NCBI GenBank assembly: GCA_048772705.1
Contig: JBLWGC010000201.1
Span: 1 to 64,000, forward strand
Origin: Leidyana gryllorum EB-2025a
Taxonomy: Eukaryota > Protista > Apicomplexa
Length of the DNA stretch: 64,000 bases
Reading direction: 5' to 3'
Below the pieces are notes generated by a model that saw only the letters and a list, made by a program, of their open reading frames with translations, was not told where the DNA came from and made no database searches. A program made the position numbers and the translations under genes. Shown here piece after piece: positions 33,889-46,907 of the stretch. How positions within the stretch are numbered: position 1 is the first letter of the stretch; every line of letters starts with the position of its first letter.

Positions 33889-36240
33889 ATCACGCAATCG
33901 GGAGCTCCGTTCGTTTCCGGTGGAAGCTTCAGTAGATCAATCGATAGTTCCTGCCACGGAAGCTCTGGTGGGGCAATCGGGTTCAACAGTCCAAGGGGTT
34001 TAGATGTGCTCGTTTTTGACCTTTGGCATATCGGGCACGCTCTGCAGTATTGTCGAACGTCTTCGGTCACCCCCGGCCAGTTGAATTGTCCTCTGACTTT
34101 CAGAAGGGTCCTGTCGTGTGCTAGGTGGCCGGCGATGATGGAGTCATGGGATTCTCTGATGACGAGACGTCTCAGGTCTGCTTGATTAGGTATAAATAGT
34201 CGGCCAAATTCATCGTGAATCCACTCTCCGTTTCGTTCAAAACCTTCGGGCGGTGTTTCCACCTGCCCTAGTGCCTCCTTAAGTTGCTTGGTGAAGTCTA
34301 TTTCAGCTGAAAAGGTGGCGAGTACTTCTGTCTTGGGTTGAATGGCTCCGGCGCGGCTGAGTAAGTCCGCCAGGACATTGTCCTTTCCTGGGATGTGGTC
34401 TATGGTGGCTGGGTACTGGGAGATTTTGATCAGCCACCGTATGACCTTCGGGCTGAGAACTGTGCTCGTCTTCTGCAGTACCACCAAGGGTTTGTGGTCT
34501 GTGTGGATGTAAAAGTCGCGGCTCATCAGGTAGTGCCTCCAACGCTTTAGCGCTGCCAGGATGGCCCACAACTCTCTCTCGTGAACCGCCCAGTTTGTCT
34601 GTGTTGGCGTGAGCCTGCAACTGAAATGCTCGATGATGCATTTGGAGTCACCTCCATCCGTCCATTGTTCAAGTGTGCCCCCAACTGCAGTGTTGCTAGC
34701 GTCTGTGGTGACATGAAAGGGTAGTTCATCGTCTACCACCCGGAGGGTTAGGTCTGTTCCGAAGGCATCCGTCAGACGGTTCCAAGTCTCTTCTTTTTCC
34801 GTGGTCCATAAAATTTTGTCCGACGGTTTTTTGAGTTGGTTGATGATCTCGTGGAACGGTATGGTTAGTTCCGCAAACTTCTGGATGTATTTCGCGTAGT
34901 AAGTCATTCCCCCAATTGCTCGTCTCAGTTCTCCCATTGTTGCAGGTGGTTTCAGACGTTTCAACGCGTCTGCCTCTCTGGGTTGGGTCTGATGCCGTGG
35001 TGATCAAGATGCTGTCCGATGAAGTCTACCTCGGTGAGGAAAAAGCTGGATTTCTTCGGGTGCACTTTGAGTTTATGTTCTTCTAATTTCTGCAGGATCG
35101 CTCGGAGATGTACGCGGTGTTGAGCTACAGATGGGCTATACACAAGTATGTCGTCAACATACGCGATGGCGCATCTCCCCAGCCACGGCTGGAGGATCTC
35201 CTCGATGAACGCCACAAAGGCCGGGGGAGCATTCTTCAGTCCGAAGGGGAGTACCCGCCATTCAAATTTGCCCACAGGTGAGGAGAAGGCTGTCAAATGA
35301 TAGCATTGTTCACGTAGGAGTATCTGGTGGTACCCAGACTGAAGATCCAGTTTGGAGAATATGCGCGCTTTCCTCAGTTCGGGGGCGGCCAAATCGGCAC
35401 GAGGAATTGGGTAGGCGTAAGTGATTGTTGCGTCATTCAATTTCTTGTAGTTGATCACAAGTCGGGGTGTCGGCGTGTCCTTCTTGGGGACCAGGAAGCA
35501 CGGGGCACCCCATTCCGACTTGGACCTCTGGATTTTCCCTTGAGCTTCTAGTTCCGCTAGTTGTCTCGTCATTTCCTGTTTGTTTTGTTCGGAACTTGCG
35601 TATGGTCGGTCGAATGATGGTATGGTTCCGGGTTTCAGTTGTATGTCAAAGTCATGGAAGCCCCTTGATGGGGGGAGTGCTATATTTGGCTTGAAGAGCC
35701 CTCCGAAATCTGATAAGATCCATTCTTCCTCTATCGGGGTTTTGAGTGTCACTGCTGTTGCCATGTGTATCTGGCCAGGGATTGAGTCCGGCCTTGCTTC
35801 TGAATGGAGGCTTGTTCCAAGATAGTGAGTTTCCCTTTGGAGTCTGTCCCTATGGCAAGTTGTAATCCCATGATTGTTTCTATCCCAAGAATGGCATCGT
35901 ACGGTGTGATGTCCGCTACTACGAAGCAAAGGTCGAAGGTTTGGTGAGCTTGTGTGAGCAGTGTGGCTGTCACTGTACCCTGACTCTGCTGTTGTCCGAT
36001 GCCGTGCAGCGTGAGCGTGTTGTTCTTGTCGGGCTCCAATTTGAGGTATGACGCCATGTCTGGGCTCAAAATATTCACTTCGGCGCCTGTGTCCACAAGG
36101 CATAAGGCCGTGGTTTGGCCCTGCGGGCTTCTTATCTGCCACGTGACCGCTGCTCTAGATTGTGTTCCTATCCTGAATAGGTCAGCTACCGTTTGGAGCC
36201 CCACATCTGGGTGAGCAGGTGGGGCTCTTTTCAAAAATCC
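32417..36240 (-). pseudogene. pol: Element B pol with several frameshifts and poly-G insert
   Basis: Domains split over ORFs 35749-36381, 34961-36142, 33117-34964, 32950-33291, 32417-32950. Confidence 0.9.
33421..33884. repeat. ~464-bp poly-G/GGGA/GGGC low-complexity tract
   Basis: Directly visible; sits inside integrase of B. Confidence 0.95.
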
Positions 36241-37148
36241 TGGTCCGCGTTCGTTGCTCCTTCTTCCTCGTCCACGGTGATGGGGTAAGAGCGTTTGGGT
36301 GTGGCCAGAGCCGGTCGTTGGTTTCGTGATCGTTTGGGGCAGTTCGGGGCCAGGTGTCCTTTCTCGCCACAGGTATAACACAAGCCGTTCTTCTGGCAGT
36401 GTTCCCTGGAGTGTGGGTTGTTGTAGCCCACTCCTTTCGGCCGGGCACCAAGCACCCTGGGGTTGTTGCCTATTGCTCTGGTGTGTTCCCGCCCTAACTC
36501 GGCTATGAATTCCAGGGCTTCCTCGATGGTCTGAGGGCGTCGTGTCATCATCAGTGCTTTTTCTTGTGGTGGTAAGGCCCGTTTGATTATGTGCAGGATT
36601 TCGCTTGGTTCCATAGTGAAGAGTCCGCGGCGCAGCTCCCGTACCCGGCGTACAAAGCCCATGAGATCTTGGGGGTCAGCTCTGAGGTCTATTAGTTCTT
36701 CTAGGTCTGTTCTGGTCGCTGTTCCGAATTCCTTGAGGAATCGCGAGCGGAAATCGGTCCACAGGAGGTCCCGGATGTCTTCCGCACTGGCTACTGCGTT
36801 CAGCCACCTTGCTGCCGAGTCTTTCAGTGTTCCGCAGGCGATGCGGGTCCGTTCTTGTGCTGGTACCATCAAGGTGTCAAAGGCAGCCTCTAGGTTGTCC
36901 AGGTGGGAGCGTGGGTCTTGCGCGCCTGTGAAGGAGCTGGTAAGTTGCGTAACCATTTTGATATTGCGGACAATTGAACTCTGGTTGGCCGGCATCGGTT
37001 CGATCGTCGATCTTTCGTCGTCTAATGGGTAGTCACTGCTACCAGTGTAAGTCTGGGGTTCTTCTGGGGCCGGTGCCTTGGCAGTTCTCTTAGCCTTCAA
37101 GGCAAATGATCTGGGAAGTATACTGGGCCGGTTGGTTCGTCTGGTCAT
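36231..37148 (-). CDS. gag: Element B Gag
   Basis: 305 aa, CYTCGEKGHLAPNC knuckle, ends QDF-stop. Confidence 0.9.
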   Translation of the reverse strand: MTRRTNRPSILPRSFALKAKRTAKAPAPEEPQTYTGSSDYPLDDERSTIEPMPANQSSIVRNIKMVTQLTSSFTGAQDPRSHLDNLEAAFDTLMVPAQERTRIACGTLKDSAARWLNAVASAEDIRDLLWTDFRSRFLKEFGTATRTDLEELIDLRADPQDLMGFVRRVRELRRGLFTMEPSEILHIIKRALPPQEKALMMTRRPQTIEEALEFIAELGREHTRAIGNNPRVLGARPKGVGYNNPHSREHCQKNGLCYTCGEKGHLAPNCPKRSRNQRPALATPKRSYPITVDEEEGATNADQDF

Positions 37149-37280
37149 GGTAAATCCAGTTAACTAGTTGCGTGCGTGTGCTGTGTTTGTACCCGCCGTG
37201 TCTCCGGCCGGGCGGTTAGTTACGTCATGCATATTAAAAGGGGTGGTTTCACAAGCTATCTGAGAGGTGTAATCCTTACA

Positions 37281-37906
37281 GAGGACTGCATGGATGCCAA
37301 CGAGGGAAACTCACAAAACCGTACACTGCTCCGAGACGCATTGTGCGCAGACTGGACAAGGATGTCTACGAGCTAGACATGCCCAGCAACTGGCGGGGAC
37401 TGAAACGATTCCACGTGAGTCGTCTGAAGAGATTCACTGGAGAACCCAACCCGACCACCAACGATACCTTCGTGATGGAAAAAGTTTTGGCACAAACGCT
37501 CGATCACAGAGGACTCAGGTTTCTGATCCAATGGAGCGGATATCCCAGGGAAGCGGCGACGTGGGAGCCTCTAACAACTATCCTCGAGGCCGAAGCGGTT
37601 GATCTAGTTCTGTCCTACCGTCAAGAGTGGAACGCCCGTACTAGAGGGACCCCGTTCACACCTGATGAGCTTAATGGTTTGGATCTTACAAGTGTGGGAG
37701 GAGTGTAGGTACTGTGACCCCCCTTTTTAGTTACATGAACACACGTGTCTCCACGGAGACACCGGCACTACAAACACACGAACTTACCGGAATGACAATC
37801 AGCACTAGACGCACTAGAAGGCCCAGCATCCTCCCCAGAGCGCTCACTAACAGGAGCAAGAAACAACCAGTAGACCAGGGTGAACTCCCAGAGGAGGACA
37901 CTTACA
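37281..37906 (+). mobile_element. Element B': 3' remnant (integrase C-terminus, chromodomain, PPT, LTR 37704-37906)
   Basis: ORF 37343-37708 FLIQWSGY..TWE..GGV-stop; LTR TGTAG..TTACA. Confidence 0.85.
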
Positions 37907-38183
37907 GTGAATGTGATAAGTAGAACGAACCAATTGCATCAATCTTGCGTGCAATTGCTCTGTAGTGTTGCTCTAATGGTCTGTCTACGGTTCGTCCTGA
38001 TCTAAGTTCGGTCGGCATGCACAGTTCTGATCACTAAAAGGTAAGCCGGTTCAAAGGGGTAAGTCTATCTGTGTGTGTTCGTGTCTCCGTGCCGGCTGCC
38101 GGCCGGCCCCCCCGGAGACACAGACATGTTGTCCCCAGACTAGCTGCGGCTAGATGGGTACTGAAGCGCTACACCCCTCCCTC

Positions 38184-40557
38184 CTAAATATCTGTATATG
38201 GGTTGTGGGGGTGTCTCTCGTTCCATTCTGCCTTGAACGCCTGCACCAAATCCATTGCTGCTGCATCGATGATGGTGTCCAGGGGTTCCCAGGTGGCTTC
38301 TTGGTCTGTATATCCCGCCCACTTAACCTTATATTCCGGTAGCCCTTCTTGGTTGATACGTTCGCCTAAAATCTTTTCCATCAGGTAAATGTCGGTGGGT
38401 TGGTTCGTCTGTCTGTCTGATCTATCCGAGTGCTGTTGGGGTGTTGCAGTGTTCTGATGATGCGGTTGCTTGAAGTGTTCCAGTCGTGAGGCGTGGAATT
38501 TGGGAAAAATCTTCCAGGCGTCTGGTAGATCTAGTGTATATGTGTTGGTGTCGGTGGCTTCTACGATCGTAAAGGGTCCACAATAGGGTAAAGCCAATTT
38601 GTTGTTCGGCACATGGATCAAGTTCTTCGTCTTCAGCAGTACTCGATCTCCAACCTTGAATGTGGTCTCTGCTCTACCTTGATCAGCTCCCAACTTCTGT
38701 CTGTCTGCTGCGGCGGACAATCGGTCCTTAGCTTCTTGTAGCTTCTGCAGGTATAATCTGAATGGTGTTGAACATGCTTTGATTGACGAGAGGTTGTCTT
38801 GTAGGAATTGTGATCGCCCCGTGTCCAGTTCAAATGGGGTTGCATTCGTTGATGATTGTGTCGACGTGTTGTACGCGATCTCTACCGTATTGATGTGAGT
38901 ACACCAATTGGTTCCTAGTCCTCTCAGGGCGCATCTCAACATCTGTAGGATGGTCCTGTTTGCACGTTCTGTCAGACCGTTCGCTTGTGGGTGTGCCGCT
39001 GTTGTCATTGCCAGATTAATGCTCAGATCTTTCATCAAGTGGTTCCAAAGGCCTGCCGTGAATCGAGGGTCGCGGTCGCTGATAATTTTGCGCGGTACCC
39101 CATGGATCTTGACAATGTTCTCTAGGAACAGTTTCGCGGCTTCTTCCGAGGTGATAGTTTTTTGACAGGGGATCATCCGGATCCGTCTCGTCATTCGGTC
39201 TATGACGACCATTAAATAATCCAATCCTGTATTCCCATCTCTGGGTAGTTCCAAGAAGTCGATTCCTATCGATTCCCATGGGCTCGTTGGGTTGCAAATT
39301 GGATGGAGCAAGCCGTACGGTCTATGGCTTCGCTTTTTTGCCTTCTGGCACGTTGTACATCGGCGGCAGTATTCCGTGACGTCTGCCGTCAGACCTCTCC
39401 AGTTGAATATACTGCGGATTCTTGCTGTGGTTCGAGCGGGTCCCAGGTGGCCCGCCAGTTTTGAGTCGTGATTCTCCTTGATAATCTTTTCTATGAGGCA
39501 TTGTTCCGCCGGAACTTCAATTGATCCGTCTGGTGTCACTGGTATTCCTTCTTGCCATTCGACTTCTCCACAAGTCCCTGCGTTCTCTTCGTTTCCTCTC
39601 CACGCAGTTCTCAACTCCTCTTCAATTGTGGGTCTGTCAATTTGGTCCTGTTCCAATTCCGTTTGTGTTGTCATAAACACACTTCCTTGCTTCCTCTCCT
39701 CGTCTTTTGTTTTCTGTGCCCGTGGCCGACTGAGTAAATCTGCAATGATGTTTTGAGTCCCTTCCAAATACTGTATCTCCAGCTGGAGTTCTCCCAGCGT
39801 CTGAAGCCATCGGCTTTGCCTGTCGGATATCTGGGATTGCTTCAATAAGTGGGTCAACGGTTTGTGGTCGGTCCTCACAAGGATCTCCCGACCAATCAGC
39901 AAGTGTCGCCACTGTCTGCAAGCATAAACAATCGCCAGTAGCTCCCGTTCATGGGTTGGATATCTGCTTTCCGCTGGTGTGAGTACGCGAGACATGAATT
40001 CGATCGGTTTAATCCCTTCTGCCAAGGAGTACTCGTCCAATACAGCTCCTATGGCCTCCAAACTGGCGTCGGTGGTCAGCACCAAACTTGTGCAGCCTTT
40101 CGATGGATATCCCAGCACTGGGCACTTACACAATCCGTCCTTGAGCTCATCCATCGCTTGTTTCACCTCATCCGAGGCGGCTATCTTGTCATTTGGTCTT
40201 TTCAGTCCTTTCATTGCATCATATAGCGGTTTCGCTTTGCTCGCAAAGTTCTGGATGAATCTCCGATAAAAATTGAACATGCCTAAGACACTTTGCGTCT
40301 CCTTCAATGTGGACGGTGTTGCCAACTGCTTCAGTGCCATCATTTTCTCTTCTACTGGATGAATCCCATTGCGGTCCAGTCTGTGCCCTAAGTATATCAC
40401 CTTGTCCTTGAAGAAGTGGGATTTCCGCCTGTGGATAACGAGTTGATTGTTCATTAGTCGTGTTAGGACTTCCCTCAAATGTCGACGATGCTCTTCCCAT
40501 GTCCTTGAGTAGATCAGAACATCATCTAGGTAGACAAAGACGTACTCGCCTATGATG
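38184..40557 (-). pseudogene. pol: Element C pol, 3' part (RT end, RNase H, integrase, chromodomain)
   Basis: YLDD, TTDAS, GHLG, YKVKWAGY..TWE; the N-terminus of ORF 38184-40685 is antisense LTR of D. Confidence 0.9.
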
Positions 40558-40712
40558 TGTAACCTATCACGCTCACTAGACCCCGTCCGACCATAGTCGG
40601 TCCGGAACAAGAACATGTCTGTGTCTCCCTGGACCGGCCGGACCGGCATAGGAGACACAGACACGACAGATAGATCGACCTGCACGCAGTGTTACTTTTA
40701 CGTGAACGAACA

Positions 40713-41837
40713 ATGGACTTACGCAATGGGAAACAGACCTCTGATCCGCAGTCGGGTGATCCCGGCTACACTGGTAGCAGTGCGTCGTTCGATCAACAAC
40801 CCAAGTTTCAACCGACTCAGCGAACCGAACCGAACACGGAAGCAGAAGCGATGACAACAGCTACGATAGACACGAGCTTGATCGCTCGCATCGTATCAGA
40901 AACGATTAAGACCCTACAGGCAACGACGGCTTCACACGAAACGATACCGAACGACGCGCACCGCGCGAGAAACGAACACGCAGACCACAAGACGAGCAAG
41001 AACTCGATGAACCGGCCCAGCGCTGAAGCACAACAAGCCATGAAGAAGCAGAGCTTATTCATCGGTGACGGGCACCAAGACGCCCGGGACTGGATTGACA
41101 ATTGCGAAGGACGATTCATAGCACACGGGGTGTACAACGACGAGGACAGAGCACGCACCGTATGCGCCACCCTATCGGGAAGTGCCACCCGTTGGTTCAT
41201 CGAGAAGCGGGAGGACTTGCTCAACATGCAGTGGGACCAGTTCAAGACGACCTTCCTCACAGAGTTCGGCACGCGGAACAAGACCGAGAACGATCTAATA
41301 CAATGGATATCACTCCGGAAGAATAACAGCATGCGGGAACACGTCACCAAATGCAGAGCATTGAGACGGGGAACGCAAGGCGAAGTATCCGACTTATCGG
41401 CATCCAACCTATTCTTCCGCGGATTACCACCCAGAGACCGTATAGCGCTGGCAGGAAACGCAGGCATGAGCTTCGAAGCCTTGTCCGAGAGAGCACTCAT
41501 CTACGCCACCGCAGTAGGCGAATCCGGGGAGAACAATCCAACAGCGACGGTGATGGCGGGACACGCAGCCCGCACTCAGGGCGAATACAACCGAGGCACG
41601 GCGCAACGCGTTGGACCCAACTGCAGATATACCTACGCACAATGCATGGCGGAAGGCCGATGCCGAGAGTGCGGCGAACGCGAGCACATGAAAGCTGACT
41701 GCAACAAAGCCAAAGAGAGGTGGCAAAGGAACCGGAACGGCCGAACGTTCAACATCGAAAACCAGGATTTTACGACCGACCTGGACGACACGGAGGTCAG
41801 CGTCCAGGAGGAGCTACTGGACCCCACCCACCTCTGA
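40713..41837 (+). CDS. gag: Element D Gag (ATG in LTR)
   Basis: MDLRNGK..YTGSS..LSGSATRW..CRECGEREHMKADC. Confidence 0.88.
   Translation: MDLRNGKQTSDPQSGDPGYTGSSASFDQQPKFQPTQRTEPNTEAEAMTTATIDTSLIARIVSETIKTLQATTASHETIPNDAHRARNEHADHKTSKNSMNRPSAEAQQAMKKQSLFIGDGHQDARDWIDNCEGRFIAHGVYNDEDRARTVCATLSGSATRWFIEKREDLLNMQWDQFKTTFLTEFGTRNKTENDLIQWISLRKNNSMREHVTKCRALRRGTQGEVSDLSASNLFFRGLPPRDRIALAGNAGMSFEALSERALIYATAVGESGENNPTATVMAGHAARTQGEYNRGTAQRVGPNCRYTYAQCMAEGRCRECGEREHMKADCNKAKERWQRNRNGRTFNIENQDFTTDLDDTEVSVQEELLDPTHL
40772..40789 (+). promoter_or_regulatory. PBS of element D (tRNA-iMet)
   Basis: TGGTAGCAGTGCGTCGTT is the exact complement of the 5720-5791 3' end plus CCA. Confidence 0.95.
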
Positions 41838-44800
41838 GGGCACAATGGACAGCTCGCAATCCGAACAGGCAAGGAGGCGCCAAAGCAATATGGGTCTTGG
41901 TCGATACTGGAAGTGACACTAATTGTATATCTGAAAGGCTAACCAGTCACCTGAACCTCCAACGATATCCGATCTCAACAGAACTTACAGGAATAGGAGC
42001 CGTGAAGACGGTAGCACACGAAGAGACACAGGTGGAAATCCGAACCCCGGCAGGGCAACAAATTAGCATCAACTGCTTGATCCTAGAGACATTGACATAC
42101 GACATAATTGTGTCCACATCGACCATCATCCAACTTCGACTCACCCTCGGGGACAACGGGTCCGGGAAACTATGCCTGGTGGAGAACTATGTGATACCAG
42201 TTATGAACACAACACAGGAGGAGTGGGTGAAAACGAATTGCGGGGAGTGCCACAATACAGAGGCGATGGTACCCGAACCGATCGTACAAAGAATAGATAT
42301 GCCACAAACCGAGCAGTGGATAAAGGAGGACTTCCAGACAGTATTCACGGACACAGGAGCACTACCACCCCGACGCCAACACATCGACCACGACATTATA
42401 CTGAAACACCCAGACACCACACCCTTTGCACGATCCGCTTACAAGATCCCGCAGAAACATGTCGCACAAATGAGGGCTCAAATCCTTGAACTGCTGCGAT
42501 TGAAACGCATTAGGCCCAGCAGTTCCAGCTGGTCCTCACCATGCCTCTTTGTCCCTAAAAAGGACACGGCCGTTCCCCGACTCGTTTGTGACTTCCGCCG
42601 CCTGAACACCGAATCAGTTCGAATCGCCTCTCCCTTACCTTCGATCGATGAAGCCATCCAAGCCTTGAACGGAGCAACTTGTTTCTCCACCTTAGACCTG
42701 AAGAGCGGCTACTACCAAATCAGGATGAAGGAATCAGCAACTCACCTCACTGCCTTTGCCACCCCATGGGGCAAATTCGAGTGGTGCGTGATGCCCAACG
42801 GGCTTATGAACGCGCCACCTACCTTCATGAGCCTTATGCAACGCATATTCCGCGACTTGATAGGAATCTCGGTCTTTGTTTATTTGGATGACGTTCTAGT
42901 CTATTCCAAGACCGGGAACAACATAAAGCACACTTATACGACGTGCTGACACGGATACGAGAAAATCAGTTGATAGTACATCCTCGCAAATCACATTTTT
43001 TTAAGGACGAAGTTACCTTTCTGGGGCACAGAATCTCTCAGGAAGGCATCACTCCCATGCAGACACGAATGGCCGACTTGGACGCAATCGGCAGTCCGAC
43101 TACACTCAGAGAGGCACAGAGAGTGCTCGGAATGTTTAATTATTATAGAAGATTCATCAATAATTTTGCCCACAAAGCGGAACCGATTTACAAAGCAATG
43201 AAAGGAATCCAAGGCCCCAACAGCCCCCTCCCCACGTCAGAAGGGATCACAGGTAGTATCAACGAGCTGAAGAGTATCAACGAGCTGAAGAAGGCACTCA
43301 GGGAATCCCCAACTCTACGTTTTCTGGCGGCTGAGAGTAACAGCCTCCGACTTTCGACGGATGCCAGCCTTACTGCTATAGGAGCAGTGCTTGAAGAAGA
43401 AACCCCAGATGGACCCAAACCCATTGAGTTCTCATCTAGGACACTGCTTCCGGCAGAAACAAGATATCCAGTACATGAGCGGGAATTGCTCGCGATCGTT
43501 CACGCTTGCAAACAGTGGAGACACTGGCTCATAGGGCGACGAGTGAAAGTGCTCACGGACCATAAGCCACTCGTCCACCTAATGAAACAGTCCCACCTGT
43601 CCGATAGACAGTATAGGTGGCTCACAACGTTGAGCGAAATGGATTTGGATATTCAGTACATACCAGGCGCCCGGAACATAGTAGCTGACTTGCTATCCAG
43701 ACCGATACAGAGGAAGGCGACCAACGACCGGGCCTACGGACAAGTACACAACGTGGAACGGGCGGGGACAACACAAGACAATGACAGAGAAAGGGAAGAT
43801 GCCATAGCTACGGAGCAGGTAGAGGCAGGGTCCCCACACGGAGACTTGAACAATGAACTGGTGATGAAATGGAAAGAGCATAAAGGTCAAGAGGGCAAGT
43901 GTGGGCCAATCGAGTGGATTGAAGGAGTACCTGTGACTAACGACGGCACCATAGAGGTACCACCAGACACGGATTTGATCGAACGAATAATTCGAGATAA
44001 CCACCAGTCACTGTGGGCGGGACACATGGGACCAGAAAGGACGGCCGGTCGCATCCGAGCAATCTTCAATTGGAGAGGTTTACTCGCAGATGTGTCAACC
44101 TATTGTCGGCTATGCCAGACCTGCCAAATAGCGAAGAAAAGGAATCACCAACCTTACGGCCTCTTACATCCAGTACGAAATCCTGCCATACCATGGGCCG
44201 AGGTTGGAGTGGACTTTTTGGAATTACCCCGCGATGGGGAAACTGGACTAGACTATCTCATGGTAGTAGTCGATAGACTCACCCGCCGCATAAGACTACT
44301 ACCATGCTCCAAGACAATTTCATCCGCAGAAGCGGCTCGATTGTTCATGGATAACATCATCAAGATCCACGGAGTACCACGAAAAGTCATAAGCGACAGA
44401 GATGTCCGCTTCGTCAACGGAATGTGGAATACTATGATGAAGGAACTCGGCTGCAACTTGGCAATGAGCACCAGTCAACACCCTCAAACCAACGGATTGA
44501 CAGAAAGAGTGAATCGAAGCGTGATACAGATACTACGCTGCTCCATCCAAGGACTCAACACAGAATGGTCGAAACACATCACGACCGTCGAAATTGCGTA
44601 CAACACCTCAATCCAGAGTTCCACGAAGGCGACTCCGTTCGAATTAGACACTGGGAGGAGTCAGTTTGCGCCAGACCCCTGGGAACACATCAGAAACGGA
44701 TCTGTACCCTTCCGCACCTGGCTGCAGAAGTTGCAAGAAGCACGAGACCGTTTACAAGACGCCTCCGAACAACAGAGAAGACAGGCCGACAAACATAGAC

Positions 44801-45333
44801 GCCACCTCAGACTAGAACAGGGAGACAAAGTACTGCTTCGAACTAAAGGACTGCTGCACGTACCACAACACAAACTATCACAACCGTTCTGCGGCCCATT
44901 CACAGTACTTGAAGTCTCAGGAAATGACACCTACACCCTCGACTTACCCGCATCGTGGCGAATCCTGGCCAAATTCCATGTCTCTAGATTGGAACCGTTC
45001 AGATCTCCACCACCAGTTGAGCCGACAGCAGAGACCAGAACCCCCAGGAACCATACAGACTCAGGACAGCCAGACCAGCTTTACATCATGGAAAGAATTG
45101 AAGGCGAACGAATGAATAAACGTGGAGAATTAGAATACCGCGTGAAATGGCTCGGATACACGAACAATCACAACACGTGGGAACCAGCACAGGTGGTCCT
45201 TGAAGGCAACGGCCAGGACCTCATACAGGAATTCCGACAACAGTGGAATCTCAGAAACCCCAGAAACCCGTACACCAATTTGGAGATGGAGGAGTGTAAC
45301 CTATCACGCTCACTAGACCCCGTCCGACCATAG
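41765..45333 (+). pseudogene. pol: Element D pol, single frameshift ~42915
   Basis: ORFs 41720-42949 and 42943-45333; 18-bp duplication SINELK-SINELK; chromodomain. Confidence 0.9.
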
Positions 45334-45507
45334 TCGGTCCGGAACAAGAACATGTCTGTGTCTCCCTGGACCGGCCGGACCGGCATAGGAGACACAGACA
45401 CGACAGATAGATCGACCTGCACGCAGTGTTACTTTTACGTGAACGAACAATGGACTTACGCAATGGGAAACAGACCTCTGATCCGCAGTCGGGTGATCCC
45501 GGCTACA

Positions 45508-46748
45508 CGATGTCCCTGAATATGGTGTACATTAATAACATGAATGTAGATGGGGCATTCATAAGGCCATTCGGCATCACCACCCATTCAAATAGTCCCC
45601 ACGGGGTCGCGAATGCCGTCAGTGGGGCTGATTTTGGGTCCATTCGTACCTGATGGTACCCACTTTTGAGGTCCAGAGTCGAGAATATAGTAGCTCCTTC
45701 CAGTTGGGAGAGCGCTTCGTCGATGGGTGGCATCGGGGACACTATCCGGACCGTTTCTTGATTTAATCGGCGGTAATCGCATACCAATCGAGGAATTTTG
45801 GTGTCTTTTTTTGGTACAAATAAGCAGGGTGATGACCATTGGGATGTGCTGGGTTGTATCTTCCCTTCCTTCAACAAGGTGAGTATTTGTTCCTTCAGCT
45901 CTCCGGCATAGTGCTGTGGTATTTTGTAAGGCTGCCTGGCAAATGGCGTCACGTGTTGTCCTTTGAGTTGTATGCTGTGGTCAATTCCTTTGCGGTACGG
46001 TGGTAAGGTTCCCTGGTCTTCGAATGCCATGTAGAAACATCGCTCAATCCAGTCTTCCTCGTCCGGTCGGTCCAAAGATGTGGTAATAATGGCATCCTTT
46101 TCGCCTCGTATGTTGTACACCGCTCCGCTAATGTGTGGTCTGAGCCATTCTGTAGGTTTCATGTTGGTATCAATGGGCAGCACTAATTCCTCTAGGACAC
46201 ACCAACGTTGATTCCGGTCGGTCCCTATCCAAAGCCCCAATCGTTGTATCACCGTTGTGGAGATTATTAAGTCGTAAGGTAAATTGTCCAGTATCACGCA
46301 CGAGATCTTAAGTTCCTGTCCTTTGGTGGTTTTGATGACCGCTTGTGTTGTTCCCCGGGTCTTCGTGGGTTCCGCTGATACTCCTCTGATCCGCATTGTG
46401 TCCTCTCCCACCGTTCCTCCTATTCTATTCACCACGTCCCGTGAGATGCAGTTGGTGTCGCTCCCTGTGTCAATTAGAACGCAGCAGGGTAAGATTGTCT
46501 CCTTCCCTGGTGCTCGGATCGTCCACGTTGTTTGGAGGGGTGGTTCGGGTCCTATAGCTGGGCATCCGGAGTGAGTTCCCCTGACTCTTCCTGCCCAATC
46601 TGAAAATCCGACCCCTCCAAGGCGTGTACCCTCCCTTCTCTGCGGTCTGTGCGTTTTTGGCATTGAGCCATCAAATGTCCTCGCTCCCCGCATGATCTGC
46701 ATCTTCCTTCGGCCATACACTGGGCGTATGTGTACTTGCATTGCGGCC
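45508..46748 (-). pseudogene. Element C gag end, protease and RT N-terminal part
   Basis: ORF 45503-46741 with LIDTGS, LDLKSGYHQ; zinc knuckle CRSCGERGHLMAQC in gag frame. Confidence 0.9.
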
Positions 46749-46907
46749 TGTAGACAAGGACACTTTTAGTTTAGTTAGTCACTGACCAGCCGCAGCTGGA
46801 TCAGCATCATTAGAGGGTGTCTCCGAGGCCGGTAGACCGGGCACACACGGAGACGCGCGATCTACAAACACAGATTAGTCATTTCAAAGCTTACTAACGA
46901 ACGTACC

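Larger units (their letters stand above)
32187..37280 (-). mobile_element. Element B: chromovirus-type Ty3/Gypsy, decayed pol
   Basis: 235-bp LTRs 32187-32421 and 37046-37280, PBS TGGTAGCAGTG, PPT; no matching TSD. Confidence 0.95.
40558..45507 (+). mobile_element. Element D: full-length chromovirus inserted in RT of C
   Basis: 213-bp LTRs 40558-40770 and 45295-45507 (no differences seen), 18-nt PBS, flanks TGATG/CGATG. Confidence 0.95.

Noticed and set aside
33346-33897. Polyproline protein
   Set aside because: Just the antisense reading of the G-tract.
40817-41500. Antisense ORFs over gag/pol (also 31292-31774, 36583-37032, 61068-61661)
   Set aside because: Shadow ORFs of GC-rich coding strands; not conserved between families.
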